Below, piece by piece: positions 27,707 through 41,465 of a stretch of 64,000 nucleotides of DNA. The DNA is taken from the NCBI RefSeq assembly GCF_964355755.1, contig NC_092678.1, positions 2,868,422 to 2,932,421 of the forward strand, read 5' to 3'. Origin of the DNA: Antedon mediterranea (taxonomy: Eukaryota > Animalia > Echinodermata). Made by a program: the position numbers and the translations under genes. Under the pieces are notes generated by a model. The model was not told the DNA's origin. It did not search any database and was given only the letters and a program-made list of their open reading frames with translations. Numbering within the stretch: the stretch's first letter is position 1; every line of letters begins with the position of its first letter.

Positions 27707-28041
27707 ACCAAACCTAATTCCCAACCAAACATGACTGTAATGCTATGCTTGTACATGTGTGTGGTGAAATTATAACATAATATATCGTTGATTACTATAT
27801 GTTATGTTCCGGACTTCAGAAATGAATATAAACACTTCAAATATAGTGGTTTTGGATGACTTTATTCTCACTGAACATTTATGACAACATGTGCTTTATT
27901 TTATTATCTTTATAGCCTCTCTACTCGAACACAAATAAGATCACAAATTTTAATCATGTATTTTACCGCCATTTTTCATTTTAATTAACATCGTATCTAA
28001 AATTTTAAATGAAAACAAATATGGTTAATACTGAATTCAAG

Positions 28042-28072
28042 CATGGAGCTATAAACATTTTATAGCTCCATG
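28042..28072. mobile_element. 31-bp palindromic insertion flanked by 7-bp direct repeat ATTCAAG
   Basis: ATTCAAG-CATGGAGCTATAAA-CAT-TTTATAGCTCCATG-ATTCAAG. Confidence 0.7.
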
Positions 28073-28534
28073 ATTCAAGCATCTTATTATGTAAATATAC
28101 CTGTATTTTAACTACTTTAAACCAGGGAGCAACTCCCTGTTTAAACACATACTTTTAATTGTCACAAATGTATTTATAAGTATATAATATATTCACCAAT
28201 GAAAATTTAAATAAACGTGAGATGAACCAGGGAGAAAAGGAAAATAAAAGTGTATAAAACCTTGAATTTAGGTTTTTTATAGTAATACTCGATGGAGTTG
28301 CTTAACCATCAAAAGTTTTAATGTTGAAAATTCAGGGAGCAATGAATAATTCTGTATATTCTATCAATTACAATACGTTTGTGAGGGCCACTGGATAGAA
28401 ACAATCTACCAAGAAGGGATGACATTTAAAAGGTACGGCGAACCCGAGGCTGCTAATCCGGCAATCATTGATGATCGACCGATGGGATCAAGATGGGGTA
28501 ATTAACTGGTTCAAATAATTGATTTCGCACAATC

Positions 28535-28830
28535 TATTGCTATTATTAATGAGGACAGACTTGTGCCTAGCCAAGCGTCATCTAGAATCCAACGTTGGGC
28601 GCTAAAATTAGGTACATACAATGACACATTGAGATTCAAAACGCCCATGGCAATGCGGATGCCTTAAGCAGATTACCATTCCCGAGAAAACCAGAATCAA
28701 TTCCACAACCTGCTGAAACTGTTCTCTTGATGGAGTAAATGAACTAATCTCCAGTTTCCACAGCAGATATTAAAGGTTGGACGGTTAAAGATCCAACACT
28801 TTCTCGAGTTCTTCACTACATTGAATTGTG
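28535..28830 (+). mobile_element. Gypsy (Mag-like) pol fragment
   Basis: ASSRIQRWALKL, HGNADALSRLP, DIKGWTVKDPTLSRVLHY, with frameshift and stop. Confidence 0.75.
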
Positions 28831-28925
28831 AAGTGTACTTGGACGCAGCTCACGTCCAACATTCAACAGTACTACAAGTCTTTGATGCTAACCACATTTA
28901 TTGATTTATTCAGACCTTCAGTATT

Positions 28926-29066
28926 GCTTGGTTCCCACTTAAGACGCAAGACAAGGACGTAACGCAAGTGAGTTGACCAATCACAAGCGATGGATTATTT
29001 GAACGAGCGCTTGTCATTGGTCAACACGTTTGCGTCCTTGCATTACGTCTTAGTGAGAACCAAGCT
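28926..29066. mobile_element. Palindromic MITE, degenerate copy of the AGCTTGGTTCCCACTAG family
   Basis: GCTTGGTTCCCACT...AGTGAGAACCAAGC; same family at 39921 and 48691. Confidence 0.75.
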
Positions 29067-29636
29067 TTACATATTGTTGTAAAAAATACAAGATAATCAT
29101 TAGAAACATATACATTTAAAAATTCTATCAAATACAGTATAAAAAATAATAATAATAGTAGTATTATTTATAGTATTAGTTAGCCCGACACTGGGTTTAA
29201 ACGGTTAGAAATGTGAAAAGTAAGTCAATTCTCAGAATGCAGCAACTAGCTATAGAAAACAATACATGTATAATTGAGTTCAAGATTTGTGGCTATTCTA
29301 TCTTTTCGCTGTAATACCGTAAATCTTCTAATAGTAACACACCTTATAAGTCAATCTATAATAATAACATAAAACTTTATGATGCAGCCATATTTTAAAA
29401 ATGAGATAATGCATGTTGATCTCACTAGGACGCCAGCCTTCGTTAAGAAAACCAAGGATCTAGGCTAGGCCTAAGCTACACACATATCCTGGGCCCAACA
29501 ATGGAATAGCGCTACTCTAGAGATTCCAACGTTATACACTCACTGGCACGTCATTGTAAATGTCTACGTAATCTAAATGTTCATATATATGTTGTGCATG
29601 TAAACTCAAATTTTAAAAGTCCCTATTGTAAACTCT

Positions 29637-29855
29637 TTAACTAATTGCATCAACTTGATCTTCATTTGGCATAAGCTCTTCCTCAGATCCTGCATCTCTT
29701 GACCATGCCAATTGTGCCGATTTAGCCACCTGTAGAAGCTCGGCAAACACCTCATCACGATTCAAGATAGCGCCAAATATGAAAGGTTTATCAACTGACG
29801 AAACATGTACCTCAATCGACATCCCAGAACCCGGGATAAAGTTAAATGGGTTTAT
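29637..29855 (-). CDS. GRAMD4: GRAMD4-like protein, last coding exon (end of GRAM domain)
   Basis: Acceptor (T)nATAG, phase 0; INPFNFIPGSGMSIEVHVSSVDKPFIFGAILNRDEVF...*. Resembles the vertebrate GRAMD4 C-terminus LPGSGMGI...KPLVFGAM.HRDEAF as recalled. Confidence 0.85.
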   Translation of the reverse strand: MNPFNFIPGSGMSIEVHVSSVDKPFIFGAILNRDEVFAELLQVAKSAQLAWSRDAGSEEELMPNEDQVDAIS

Positions 29856-30204
29856 CTATAAAAAAAAACCAAAATAAATTCTAATGATTATTTATTCAAG
29901 TCATTCATTTGTGTAAGGGCTTGTGGCTCGTCGCACTTGCGTTTCACAGCGCTTTATAAATCCAGGATATTATTATTTATTCAACATATCCTGCAGGCAA
30001 GCATATTCATAACAGTACACACCTCAACACTTTACAATTAGTAATTGACTGATGGCATATGACCTCCTTTTATGAGTTACAACACCGCAATATTTAAGGC
30101 ATTTAATATCGATCTGATATTAAATGTCGTTAAAATCAAATAGACTCAAGGCACTACATAATACACAAATATAACTTGTTTACATGAATAAAAGTAAAGA
30201 ATAC

Positions 30205-30286
30205 CTTTTCAAGTTTTGTGATATCACACAATGGTATTGTTAAATTCTTTGGAGTGAACAATCTTGAGCGACGAAAGCACAAGTAG
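30205..30286 (-). CDS. GRAMD4: GRAMD4-like internal exon
   Basis: TTGCAG acceptor and GTATTC donor, 82 nt, phase 2 to 0; (S)YLCFRRSRLFTPKNLTIPLCDITKLEK, a GRAM-domain motif. Confidence 0.85.
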
Positions 30287-31009
30287 CTGCAATAAATAGA
30301 AAATCATATTCATTGTTTTGCTCAGTTCTAAACAACAAAAAATAGTAATTTCCTGTTGACATTATGCAAGGCCGTAGCAAGAGGTTAAAAAAAGATGAAA
30401 ATTGAAAATTTCAGATAAGGTGAGCGCCTCATCTGCCTCATGCTGGCTATATGTAAAATTGAGAAATGTTACAATAGTTAGGCTCCTTCGGTAAATTATT
30501 TCAAACGACAAAAACATGTTTCAGATACTTGTCACTATTCAAACGTTTTTGACAATCAACCGTTCTCATTAATGCACCTCATTAATTTTTATAAGCCTTC
30601 TGAAACAAAGCTAGGACATGAACACGAGCATAAATCGCTGTTAGATAGACTGAATGTTGTCTACTCATACAGTACATGCACAAGGAAAGTATATTAAGTA
30701 AAGTAAAATGTAAAACTACAATAAGTTGGCAGCATCTAAAATGCATAATGCATAAATATTTGATTTCAATACGACATCGCTCATCGAAGATTCCACATGT
30801 TTTTTAATCTGAAAAATAATCCTATCCAGTAATGAGTTTGTTTTTAAGAATTTTGTGATCAATCAGATCGTAGGCCTTTTTAAAATCTGTAGCAAGGAAA
30901 CAAACATTGAGGAATTCACTTAAAGCGTCAATCAAAGACACCTTTACAACAGCCAAATTGGTTTAGGTTTATCTTTCTTAAATTGGTACCAGATCATTTT
31001 GTTTACTTA

Positions 31010-31452
31010 GTTAGTTAGTTGTCCAATGACCTAGGTGGTCGTAGGGGCGTAGCAGACGAGATACAGTAATCATCATGATACGACACCAGGCATACGCCAT
31101 ATCTCACAGCGGTGCCTATCTCCTCTCCGGGCTGGCGGGGGTTTTGCTAGATGGCCGTCGTTAGTTCTCCTGAACCGACGCCCTTGTGGGTGTCCAACCA
31201 CCCTCCACACTATGTTCCTAAAGGAGTTGATGTGGGTACCGGTTTGGTCGCCGGTGTGTGACAGTGGCTGTGTGTGGACTAGTACACCGGCTGCTCATCT
31301 TGGAAGATGTACTAGGTTTTTTAAAGTGCACATAGTGTTTTTTATAGTCCTTAATTGAAAAGACTTGTTCTACCACCAGAAACATGGAGCGAGTGAGCCA
31401 TTGCCGATGTTATGGCTACGTAATTACGGTTTCACTGTCTTAACCACTCACT
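31010..31452 (-). mobile_element. tRNA-derived SINE with Nin/Deu-like central domain, degenerate
   Basis: Homologous to 44870-45190; A-box-like head at the right end; (AACT)n tail. Confidence 0.7.
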
Positions 31453-32269
31453 TGTCTACTAGGCTCTCAATAACATTTGCCATTATCAATGGCGCAGATT
31501 CGTTTTTTAATAGTGGGTGAGGGGGGAAGGAATGTATACAAAATTAAATACTTTAGGCTGGTGGCTGCCAAGGGATCCAGGGGCCGAAGCCTCTGGAAGC
31601 CTGGCTCTTTAAGTAATTTATAGGTGGTTTCAATTTGATTTCTAAGCACATCAAAATTATCAATTTTCGCCCACGATTTTGTCTTTGTCCACGATATATG
31701 TCAGGCTAATGTTTTTGAGTTGTCCGACCTTGAATGTAAACAAGTTAATGGTCGACTCACAAAGTTAATCGAACATGATACGCCACACAAACTTGATTAT
31801 TTTAGGTATTACAACATACAAAAAGAATGGTAACAACTGTTTGTCTATATCAATATCAACGTTATAAAATCAAATTTAAAACTAGTAAATGTTTCTCTAT
31901 CTTTTCTCTGTCGTCTCCAAGAAGGATGAACGACGTGCCTTCTTATGATGAGGATTGACATTTATAAATAATGGTCTGAGAAAATATAGGCTTAGTTTGT
32001 TTTATTTTTAAATATAAAGTTGGTCATTTTTTCATGCTTATTGAAATTAACTAGAATAATATCTTTTTATGTCACCAATGAACTTTATAAATTTCCTAAG
32101 AAGAATATGAATTTGTTGGAAGATTGCTAATGATAGAAAACGCTTACACGACTGTGATTGTGATTTTCTGGAAAAAGCAGAAATATTTGTCTGCTTCATA
32201 CACTTAGTTTTCCGTTTCATTTTAACAAGATTGTTGCAATATAATTAAATTAACACTGGCTCTTTAAAA

Positions 32270-32410
32270 TAAGAAAATTTATGACCTTACTGCTTGATAA
32301 ACAATAAATTATAGGAGTTAAAGCTATATGGTGGAGATCGCTTTCAGGTTGGGGAAGGGGGCACACTTTAGGGATTGAAATAATATTGGCTTGTTTCCAT
32401 CTGTTTCTCA
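32270..32410 (-). mobile_element. LINE RT fragment
   Basis: WKQANIISIPK...DLHHIALT, a pre-RT motif. Confidence 0.55.
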
Positions 32411-32624
32411 CTTGAGTTAACAATAGCACGTAAAGGACCACTGAGTACCTAAGCCCCCAAACACCCAGGGGGGGGGGGGGGATCGTCTGGACCAGGGGCT
32501 TTATTACATTTAATTTGATTAAGTTTAATCCTGACGGTTTCATCGATATCTAATAGTGGATCTAGAGGAGGGAGGAGGTTAAATTCTGAGGTCACTGAGG
32601 TATGTCACTGATGAAATGGTACGA

Positions 32625-33670
32625 GTTGTACTGGTGCCTATAATTAAATGTAAATCAGGTGGCATTACGAGTATGGAGAACTACAGGCCCAGCTCTTGTT
32701 TCTGTTGTATCTAAAATATTTGAAACATTGTTAATCAATTATTGTGGAGATTACCCTTAAGTCAGGGGATCACCAGTTTGCTTTTAAAAGTCAACACTCA
32801 ATGGAAACTTGTGTCTTTGTTTTTAAGCAGATAGTGGATTACTACAGTATAATACGAATGGGAGCCCCGTATTTACTTGTTTTTCCGACGCGAGTAAAGC
32901 GTTTGACCGAGTTAATCACTGGTCACTGTACAGGCAATTAATTATGAGAGATATTTATAACAAACATTATTGCTATTATACTTCTAAAATCTTGGTATGA
33001 GAATCAGTTTTTAAAGTTACCAATGGCGTTAGACAGGGTGGTGTTATGTCTCCTCTGTTATATAATGTTTACATTGACAATTTGAACAGTATGCTTAGTG
33101 ATTTTAATTTTGGTTGTGAGCTCAATAATACAAAGTTCAACAACTTAAGTTATGCAGACGACATGGTGTTACTTGCGCCCTCTTTAGATGCCCTCCAAAA
33201 GATGGTCAACAACAAATGTGAGGACTTTGCTAATGACTTTGATGTATTATAAATTCAAAAAAATCAATTTGCATGTGCTTTTGCCCTAAGACAAGAAAAC
33301 TGAATGGTAATTATGTTACTGTTCTATGTGGTAAAGAACTAAATTACATTCAATCCACTACCTATCTTGGTTGTGTTATCAGTAATGGTACTAGGGACGA
33401 ACTGGATATTAAAAGGCAATATCAATCATTATGTATTAGAGGTAACTGTCTTTGTAGAAAATTTAGTAAATGCTCAACGGATGTTAAGATTACTTTGTTT
33501 AAGTCATACTGTATTAATATGTATTGTGCGACCTTATGGTGTGATTTTAATGTAAAATCTATGAAGTCATTACAGGTCTGTTATAATAACGCATTTAGAA
33601 AGATTTTAAAACGCTCAAGGAGCTGTAGTGCTAGTGCAATGTTTGTTGATAACCATGTTCCCTCCTTCTA
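32625..33670 (+). mobile_element. Decayed non-LTR retrotransposon RT (RTE-X-like); continues after an insertion at ~34771
   Basis: ENYRP, HQFAFK, DASKAFDRVNH, NGVRQGGVMSPLLYNVYID, YADD motifs spread over several frames. Confidence 0.85.
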
Positions 33671-33671
33671 T

Positions 33672-34769
33672 GGGCCTGTTTCTGCTGCAACTGCTCAAAA
33701 TACGGTATAAAAATACGGTATTTTTTATACCATATTTGTTAGTACCCTGTTTCTGCTAACAATACTTCTTGGGTGGTCGTGTTAAATTTCATCCTTTTTA
33801 CCCAAATTGCCATTCATTTATTTGGTCGATATTTAAAAGTCGCAATAAAGGAAGTTTTACGTCTCACTTTCAACAGCCTAGCCCTAGTGGTAGAGATGTT
33901 GAGAGAGCACAGAAAACATCGTAATGAGGACAAGTAATTCGTTCCCTTCCCGAGTTATTGTCTTTTACAATCTTTTACTGCTTTCGCAGGCTCTTCAGCT
34001 TTGAATTTACTTGCTTTGGAGACAAGTCTATTCCGTACACTATTTTTTTAGAAATGTCTTTATAAATGTGGTTGTCCCTTTTAGTTGGCCGGACATTTTA
34101 GCTTCCCCATCCCCTCCTTCCCCACCCCCTCCCTCCCCATCCCCTCCTTCCCCATCCCCTCCCCTCCTTCCCCATCACATCCCCTCCTTCCCCATCACAT
34201 CCCCTCCTTCCCCATCCCCTCCCCTCCTTCCCCATCCCCTCCCCTCCTTCCCCATCCCCTCCCCTCCTTTCCCATCCCCTCCCCTCCTTCCCCATCCCCT
34301 CCCCTCCTTCCCCATCCCCTCCCCTCCTTCCCCATCCCTCCCCTCCTTCCCCATCCCCTCCCCTCCTTCCCCATCCCCTCCCCTCCTTCCCCATCCCTCC
34401 CCTCCTTCCCCATCCCCTCCCCTCCTTCCCCATCCCCTCCCCCTCCTTCCCCACACAGATTTATATAGTAAATACTGTGATGTCTTCGCTCCACATTTTC
34501 GCCGAATATCTATACACGTGTGTAAAACAGCTGACAGGGACAGAAAATAAAAACACGATGTTGACCTCATGTCACAGGTAAAAAAAAAATACGGTATTTT
34601 TTATTGGCAGCAGAAAAGGGTACAAAAAATACGGTATAAATTTGTAAATACCATATTTTATCCACAAATTTTGTGGGGAAAATACGGTAAAAAAATACGG
34701 TATATATTATACGGTATTAAAAAAATACCGTATAAAAAACTGTATTTTCTTGGCAGCAGAAACAGGGCC
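33672..34769. mobile_element. Non-autonomous DNA transposon (PIF/Harbinger-like TIR) inserted in the LINE; carries a C-rich minisatellite at 34105-34452
   Basis: GGGCCTGTTTCTGCTGC ... GCAGCAGAAACAGGGCC termini, subterminal AAATACGGTA repeats, TAT/TAA flanks. Confidence 0.75.
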
Positions 34770-36160
34770 TAAGAGTACATTCGGAAATCAATTTTTTGTC
34801 TAAAAGATTCAAAGTTGCACAGAAAATGGATTGAACTTCTGTATACATGATTTCATGTATACTTTTACGTATGTTAACTTGTATCAGTATAGCCATTATA
34901 ATGTTATTTCACTCCTAGTTGAAAACCGAAGTTTTCCAACGGCATTATTATTTGCGACATGTGGTATAGATTTTTTACTTTACTTACATTTATTTATTGA
35001 ATATTGTTATGTGTTATGATATGGACTTTGTTCTGAAATAAAAGTGAATTGAATTGATTATAATTTTATTTCAAAGCGCGATGTTGTCACCGTTACACCA
35101 ATAAATTTGACATTCCTACAAGAGAAAGATTATCTTTGCATCCTAGATTGAGAAACCTTTTGGGTGCTTCCACCAGGATCGAGAATCCAAATTCAAGAGC
35201 TTAGTTACATTTTTTTTGGTAACTGGTAATTTCAAATGTACGTACCGCAGGACTATAATACATTATCTTTTACAGAAACAAACTAGAAAGCCACTCCTAG
35301 AGTGCATACCTCCGCCTACTGTAAAATTCTTCTACATCAGATTTAGTCACCGGAAAGTGTGTGTCTTAATGCTGTGCGTGATGAACATAAACGTGAAAAG
35401 CAAACGAATTAATTTGAAAAGAAATAGGGGTTTTAAACTACTTGCATCGAAAAACTTTAACATTAAATCTAAATATTTTTACAATTACAAATCACAAAAT
35501 ATAATTCTTGCCTCTTGTACAAAAATGAAGTTCTCGAGAAAATGCAATTTTAGTTTACTTGTTACTTTAAGACTGCTCACCGGCTTTTTGAAATTTCTGT
35601 CCTATCTTTTAACACTAGGTAGCAAGTCTGAAAATAATTTTAAAAAGTGGTCCAGAATTGGGACCGTGATCCAGATTGCCTCCAAAATTTAATGGAGTGG
35701 TCCTTGACCACATATCTATCTGTATTTTGGGCATTATTTATTTATCTGGTTAGTCAACAAGTTTACGAATAACTGTGTTTTTTAAAGATTAAAGTCAAGC
35801 CTAATACCAAGCCTTTGTCGTAATACTATATTGAACATTGTCCGAACATGTTCTTGTCGTTTGAAATAATTTACCGAAGGCACCTTAGTTTTTAAAAGCA
35901 TTATTTATGGTTTAATGGTTTTAAAATAAAAGCAATAAAAGTGCTAAGAAAACAAGGGGACAAGGGATAATTATGAAAGTTCATGTCAGCACCCAAATCA
36001 AAGTATTGGGGTACACCCTCAGGGTTTGAACTAATGAATGAATGAACTACAATTCCCAGGAATCGGGTGCCTCCTATTCTAGTAAAGATGAGGGGCGGGC
36101 AGGCAGTGAACCGGCATGTTTCAACCATTGAGTAAATGGACAAAACTAAACTTGTCTTAC

Positions 36161-36251
36161 CTCTTAGTAAGGTACAGTTTGCCACTTCTAAATGCTGCTC
36201 CTAGTGCTTTTCCTTTCTGTATTAATGTGGTTCTTTTTCCATCCTCCCAAC
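36161..36251 (-). CDS. GRAMD4: GRAMD4-like internal exon
   Basis: AG/GTAAGA boundaries, 91 nt, phase 1 to 2; (G)WEDGKRTTLIQKGKALGAAFRSGKLYLTK. Not in frame with the listed ORF but joins both neighbouring exons. Confidence 0.85.
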
Positions 36252-39229
36252 CTTCAAGTTAAAAATAAGAAACATTTGATTAACATAAAGCATGTAAAAT
36301 ATATTACGGTAGTTTGGTAAACAGATATTTTTAAGTCTTTGATACAGTACAGCTAAAAATGACTGCAATGTAACCTACGTTCAGCTTCGTGGCTATGTGT
36401 GGCTCCTAGGTATTGTTTTTTAAATGATCCTATGAGAGGCATTGTTTTCATCACCGATGTTCCACATGTTTTTTCGCTCCCAGTCGGTGCACTCTGTAAT
36501 GTGGTTTATGAGTTACTGGATTTTATTCAATGAATGTATTATTTTAGCGGTGTTCGTATATAGGGCTAGTATATTTAGAATTACTTTTTACACAATATTA
36601 TTATTTTGTTTTATTTAAACATCTATACTATAATAGCACTAAGCCAAATTTGTTCCTCTATCACCTCGTAAACCGCAAGTACGCTATTAACGCTGTTCGA
36701 GCTGGGGCACCTTTTAATTCTCTTTTATCCATTAGAACAGCAAATTTGTACGAAAAATGTGTTTTTTAGACCAATTTCCTTTTAATTGCTGAATGCTGCA
36801 ATCCTCGGCCGTTTCCCCCCTAGCAAAATCAATCGAGCATGGAATATACAATAACAATTATAAAGCGGGTCATCGTTGATCAAGCATGCATTGGTGACCA
36901 TGCTGTACTAAATTTTGAGAACATAAATCCCGATAAAGGTATAGTAATCTCATGCGCCAATTATTTATTAAAAAATATCAATCATTCATTCTTATGCTGA
37001 CGTGGGTACCATCCGCTCCTCGCTTTCTATTCGTTATTCATTAAGCGTATGCAGCATGGCATCCAATAAGGCTAAGCCCAATACTCGATCCAGAACTCCT
37101 GCTGTTTCTGAGTTTAACGGCTCAAACCCGGATTCAGCTGATTTTGTTGCTGGCCGGTGAGTTTTTTACTAAACATTCCGATTTTACTGTCAATAAATGT
37201 GCACATCGTGTTGGACAGCGCCCTGTTCTAGTCACATCATTGTTAAGTTTCTAAGTTACAACTCAAAAATTGAAATTATTAAACAGAAAAACAGTGCACA
37301 GCAGAAGGTACCTTCTACCTATGTTATAGATGACCTTACACTAGCCAACTACAGAGAAAGTGAAGAAGTGGAAAACGCAAGTCAAATCATTATTCGACAG
37401 CGGTACAAAGCTTAAATTTACTGCATGGAAATGGCAGTTATCAACCAGGGTACCGCATCTGTTTCAGTAACACTATAGAACAATAAACGCAACCATCGCA
37501 ATGGAACAATACAAGAACAACTTTAATTTATTATATTCTTTATAATTTAAATTGTTTGATCCTAAACAAGATGAACAATTTTATCTTTTATATCTTAAAA
37601 TATAGATATTGCAGTTTTTTCCCATTATCTGCAAATTCCATTATTCTGGCATACGCAGCTGACGTGTCCCTGATTTGCATACTTATGTTTAAAGAGAGAA
37701 GCGTCGACCGATACGGTACTGTACTCTTGAATAAGATGACAGAAAAATTGTTTAATTTGTAATGGCGATGAGTTTAAAATCATGATATTTATATAATAAC
37801 ATAGCCTAAGTATGTCAATAGTAATTTGAAACTGATAAGTACATGTAGTACTGTACATTAACAACAAGGGTCATAACCATCAAATATGAGTGTACGTCAA
37901 ACGATACATGTGTGTAAATTTCTAAGAGTTGCAAATGAATTGCCTATTGCCTGAATAATAAATGCATATTGGTTCCTGGATGTAATATAATATTACTGGG
38001 GCACAAACGATTCGTACAAAGAACAACTGCGTAGGCCTACCTATTGTTTAGATCGCTGGCAGTCAGCAAGCATAAAGTGTATATATGTCAAACATCAAAC
38101 GCCATGGTTACCTGACAGTATATGCGGCTATAAGTGCAGTGTATCATCATCATAGAGGATATGTTGATATTAATATAGTACACATAATCACTGTGGTAAT
38201 ATGTTTACATTATAGCAACCGATTTTTCTTTCTAGGATACCTATCCACCTATCAATACCTATTTATATTGATATATTTAATTTCCTCAACAAATAAATAT
38301 TGAGCTATAATAAGCATTGAATTTGCCTTTTCGGGTTTTCTACTAGACTAGATTTTTTTTTTTTTTTTATTTCAATAAACATTTATTTACAAAATCTGAA
38401 TACATAGGAAAACAACAAACAGGATTTTACAGAATTATAAAAATATGTTTCGACTTAAAGTGAATAACTTTAATATTACTTTGATATGGCCAATTTAAAT
38501 TTAAAATATTTTGACCTTGATTGTTTGTGTTTCAAGGGACAATACATCTTTAAACTTTAAATGCAACGCAATCAAAACAAAATACTGAGTGAATGATATC
38601 ATTGGCAACAAAATGTTATCGTCCTTTAATTACGCGTATGTTTACCGGAGGGACAAAGTATGATCGTTTTACTCATTGGTAGCATGCTACATATGAGAGA
38701 GTGCCTTTTCCTGCAAATTAGAGATGCCATTTATCATGATTTTTTTTTGTACAAGAGCACCATTTAACAAAGTTTGCTTCGCCACAGGTCCTGTCGACGG
38801 CCAAAGGTTACTGCGCAACAAGCCCTGCTTTACTCAATATAGGCCTATGGGGAAAAATGTCACTTCTTAATAGGCTAGTAATTTTCATATTTAAAATATC
38901 AATTGTTAATACATTTATAATATTGACGTGAGAGTGCAATTTCCGACCATCTAGAGGTGTCATATTTTCAAAATCGCCTCAACAACTCAGCCCCAACCAC
39001 GGTGGGTCTGAGTTTGTGTGGACTCTCTGGGATCAGCCCCTGCTTCATGCTCATGTAATACATAAACCTTGCTTTTATTGACGTTGTTTATTTTTATTAA
39101 CGATTTACCTATTGTGGTTTGTTTTTGTGCTTATTGTTTCTCTTTTCAGTTCTGACTTTATCTAATCATTTGTATTTATTGTTTAATGCCTGAAAATGAT
39201 TAGAGTCAACTTCCATTCCATAATTTTCT

Positions 39230-39610
39230 AGTGGATCCTGATACTGTCAACCATATATCCAGTATAATATCAATCCTCTTGACGTTTATAGAAGACAGGT
39301 TTGATGAAAAATCTGAAGGGATTTCTAACCCAACAGATGTTCAAACCCTCGATAGTGATTCTTATTATGATACAAATAATTTTAATACCAAATTTGAAAA
39401 CAAAACTTTATCTCTATTCCATTTTAATATACGAAGTATAACATATAAAATAGATTCTTTGAACACTACAATATGCATAACATTCTTAATAATTGGACTC
39501 TCTGAGACTTGGTTGAATGATAAATCTCCCACTCCTTTTTTGCAGAATTATTCCTTTATTTTTTCAAAAACAGAGAAACCGGTAGTGGTATTTGTTAAAA
39601 ATAACTTGTT
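39230..39610 (+). mobile_element. CR1/L2-type LINE endonuclease fragment
   Basis: LSLFHFNIRSI and IIGLSETWL APE motifs; truncated. Confidence 0.75.
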
Positions 39611-39920
39611 TTCTTTTGATAGCTGGTAACAAAGGTGTATATTTAACACCCTTCTCCATCGGAGGTATGAAAAAACAAGGCCTCACATAGTATTGCGATC
39701 CAAAAACAATACTTTTCTGTGGTACCGTGTGGGATCGCGATAAAAAACAATACCTTTCGTGGGATCATGTGGGATTGCAATCAAAAGACAATACTTTGTA
39801 GGTTTTCGATCAAAAAACAATGCCCACACGTAGGCTACGAATGGTTACGTGTGGTAACAAATCAGTAATTAATAGCTAGCTGTACTGTAGTTCATTTAGA
39901 TGTGAAGTGTTTTGCCACTA

Positions 39921-40101
39921 AAGCTTGGTTCCCACTAGAACGTAACGCAAGGACGTAAACGCAACGCAAGCGTTTTAACCAATGACAAGCGAAGTTATAG
40001 ACAGTTAGCAATCACAAGCGAATAAGCCATCACTTGTGATTGGTCAATTCACTTGTGTTGCGTTACGTCCTTGTGTTGCGTCGCTAGTGGGAACCACGCT
40101 T
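39921..40101. mobile_element. Palindromic MITE (AAGCTTGGTTCCCACTAG TIR)
   Basis: Long inverted repeats, TA flanks; inverted near-copy at 48691. Confidence 0.85.
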
Positions 40102-40220
40102 TAAGAAAATCACTATATAGGCCTACAGTACATGATGGCTCAAGTTTAGCTTTGACCAACTGTGTCAAATAAATAAGTGAAAATAAATCTGACAATTTTT
40201 GGTAAACAATCTTGAATTAC

Positions 40221-40353
40221 CTTGTAGTGGTATTTCATCATTTTCCAGCTTAAAAGCATCAGCAAAAGTTTTACAAACATCGTCGTTAGATGCTGAGCTT
40301 GTTGATGCAAAAGAATGAGAACTTGTTCTTACACCATCGATATTAACCAAATA
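40221..40353 (-). CDS. GRAMD4: GRAMD4-like internal exon (most 5' exon found in window)
   Basis: TTTTACAG acceptor, GTAATT donor, 133 nt, phase 0 to 1; YLVNIDG...KTFADAFKLENDEIPLQ(G). Confidence 0.8.
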
Positions 40354-41465
40354 CTGTAAAATATAAAAAAATATTCACTTTTAAAATATTTATATTTATT
40401 GAAAAAAAAAAAAATTACAATTTATTGCAAATACGTTTCATGGATTACAAGAATAATACTTTATTAGGTTGGGTGGAGGTTATATGTGCTAGTGTCATAT
40501 GTGATGTGTTTGTGTATGTTTATGCGTTTAATTATTAAATATTAAATAAAGTAAATCACACTCTATAAAATGAAATCATAAGGAAGGAATATATTGATAA
40601 TATTTTGTTATTGAAATGTAACATCATTAATACCACAAGTCTAATAAAGTAATTTAAACAACACAAAAGAAATCTAAATTTGAACGAAGGATCACGAGAA
40701 TAAGTGTAAACTAACACCGCAACACTAATAAACAATATCAATCCCAAGAAGAATTGAACAATAGCAAAAAACTAGAACTAATATCGATGTAGGTTATACA
40801 AACTATGTACTATTTGAAACATTAGATGTAGAATTTCTAATATCATCAATGCAGGGTCGTTCCATTTCTTAAAAGGAAATTAATACTAGCAATGCATCAC
40901 TTTGCTTTTAACATTAAATGAAGAATTTCAACATTGTGATGCAACTGGGGTTATTCCATTTCTTAAAAGGGATGAATGTAATGTCATAGAAATGAATACA
41001 CATGATGTAAACAGAATGGTCTCTATGTCTACCAGAGTTAATAACATCCACCTATCCAATTTTAAATTGATTATTCAGAGCGATTTATTCTTTAAAACAT
41101 ATCCTGTGCTGTATAAGCACAATAAGGTGATCTAGAAATAAGTCTTCAATTGTGGAGAGATGTAGCCATGGTTTTAGAAGAAAGTGTGGATAATAGTAAC
41201 ATGAGACGTACAGGTGTTGGATTATTCACTGAATGGACTTTGTTCCATTTTGGGACGTCTGTGTAAAGTTGCTCAAAACAATGTTAAGACTACATTGTGT
41301 TGTAATGTAAATAACATACACACATTTAAACAAGAGAGAGTTCACCAAATGTAACCTATATCAAATCTATAGCACGTATACATTGTAATCGAAATGGAAC
41401 ACTCTTTATGAAATTCGTTTTGATGAGATGACTTCGGTTCTAAAATGTAAAATTTATCTATTGTA

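Noticed and set aside
34011-34570. Proline-rich and glycine-rich ORFs
   Set aside because: Low-complexity C-rich repeat inside a transposon.
37057-37162. ATG-initiated segment MASNKAKPNTRSRTP... ending at GTGAGT
   Set aside because: Could be a first exon or a LINE ORF1 start, but no downstream exon or homology is recognisable.
40556-41320. Possible minus-strand relic membrane-protein gene (hydrophobic LGLILFISVAVLVY)
   Set aside because: Stops in the frames checked and no convincing alignment to the cluster by eye.
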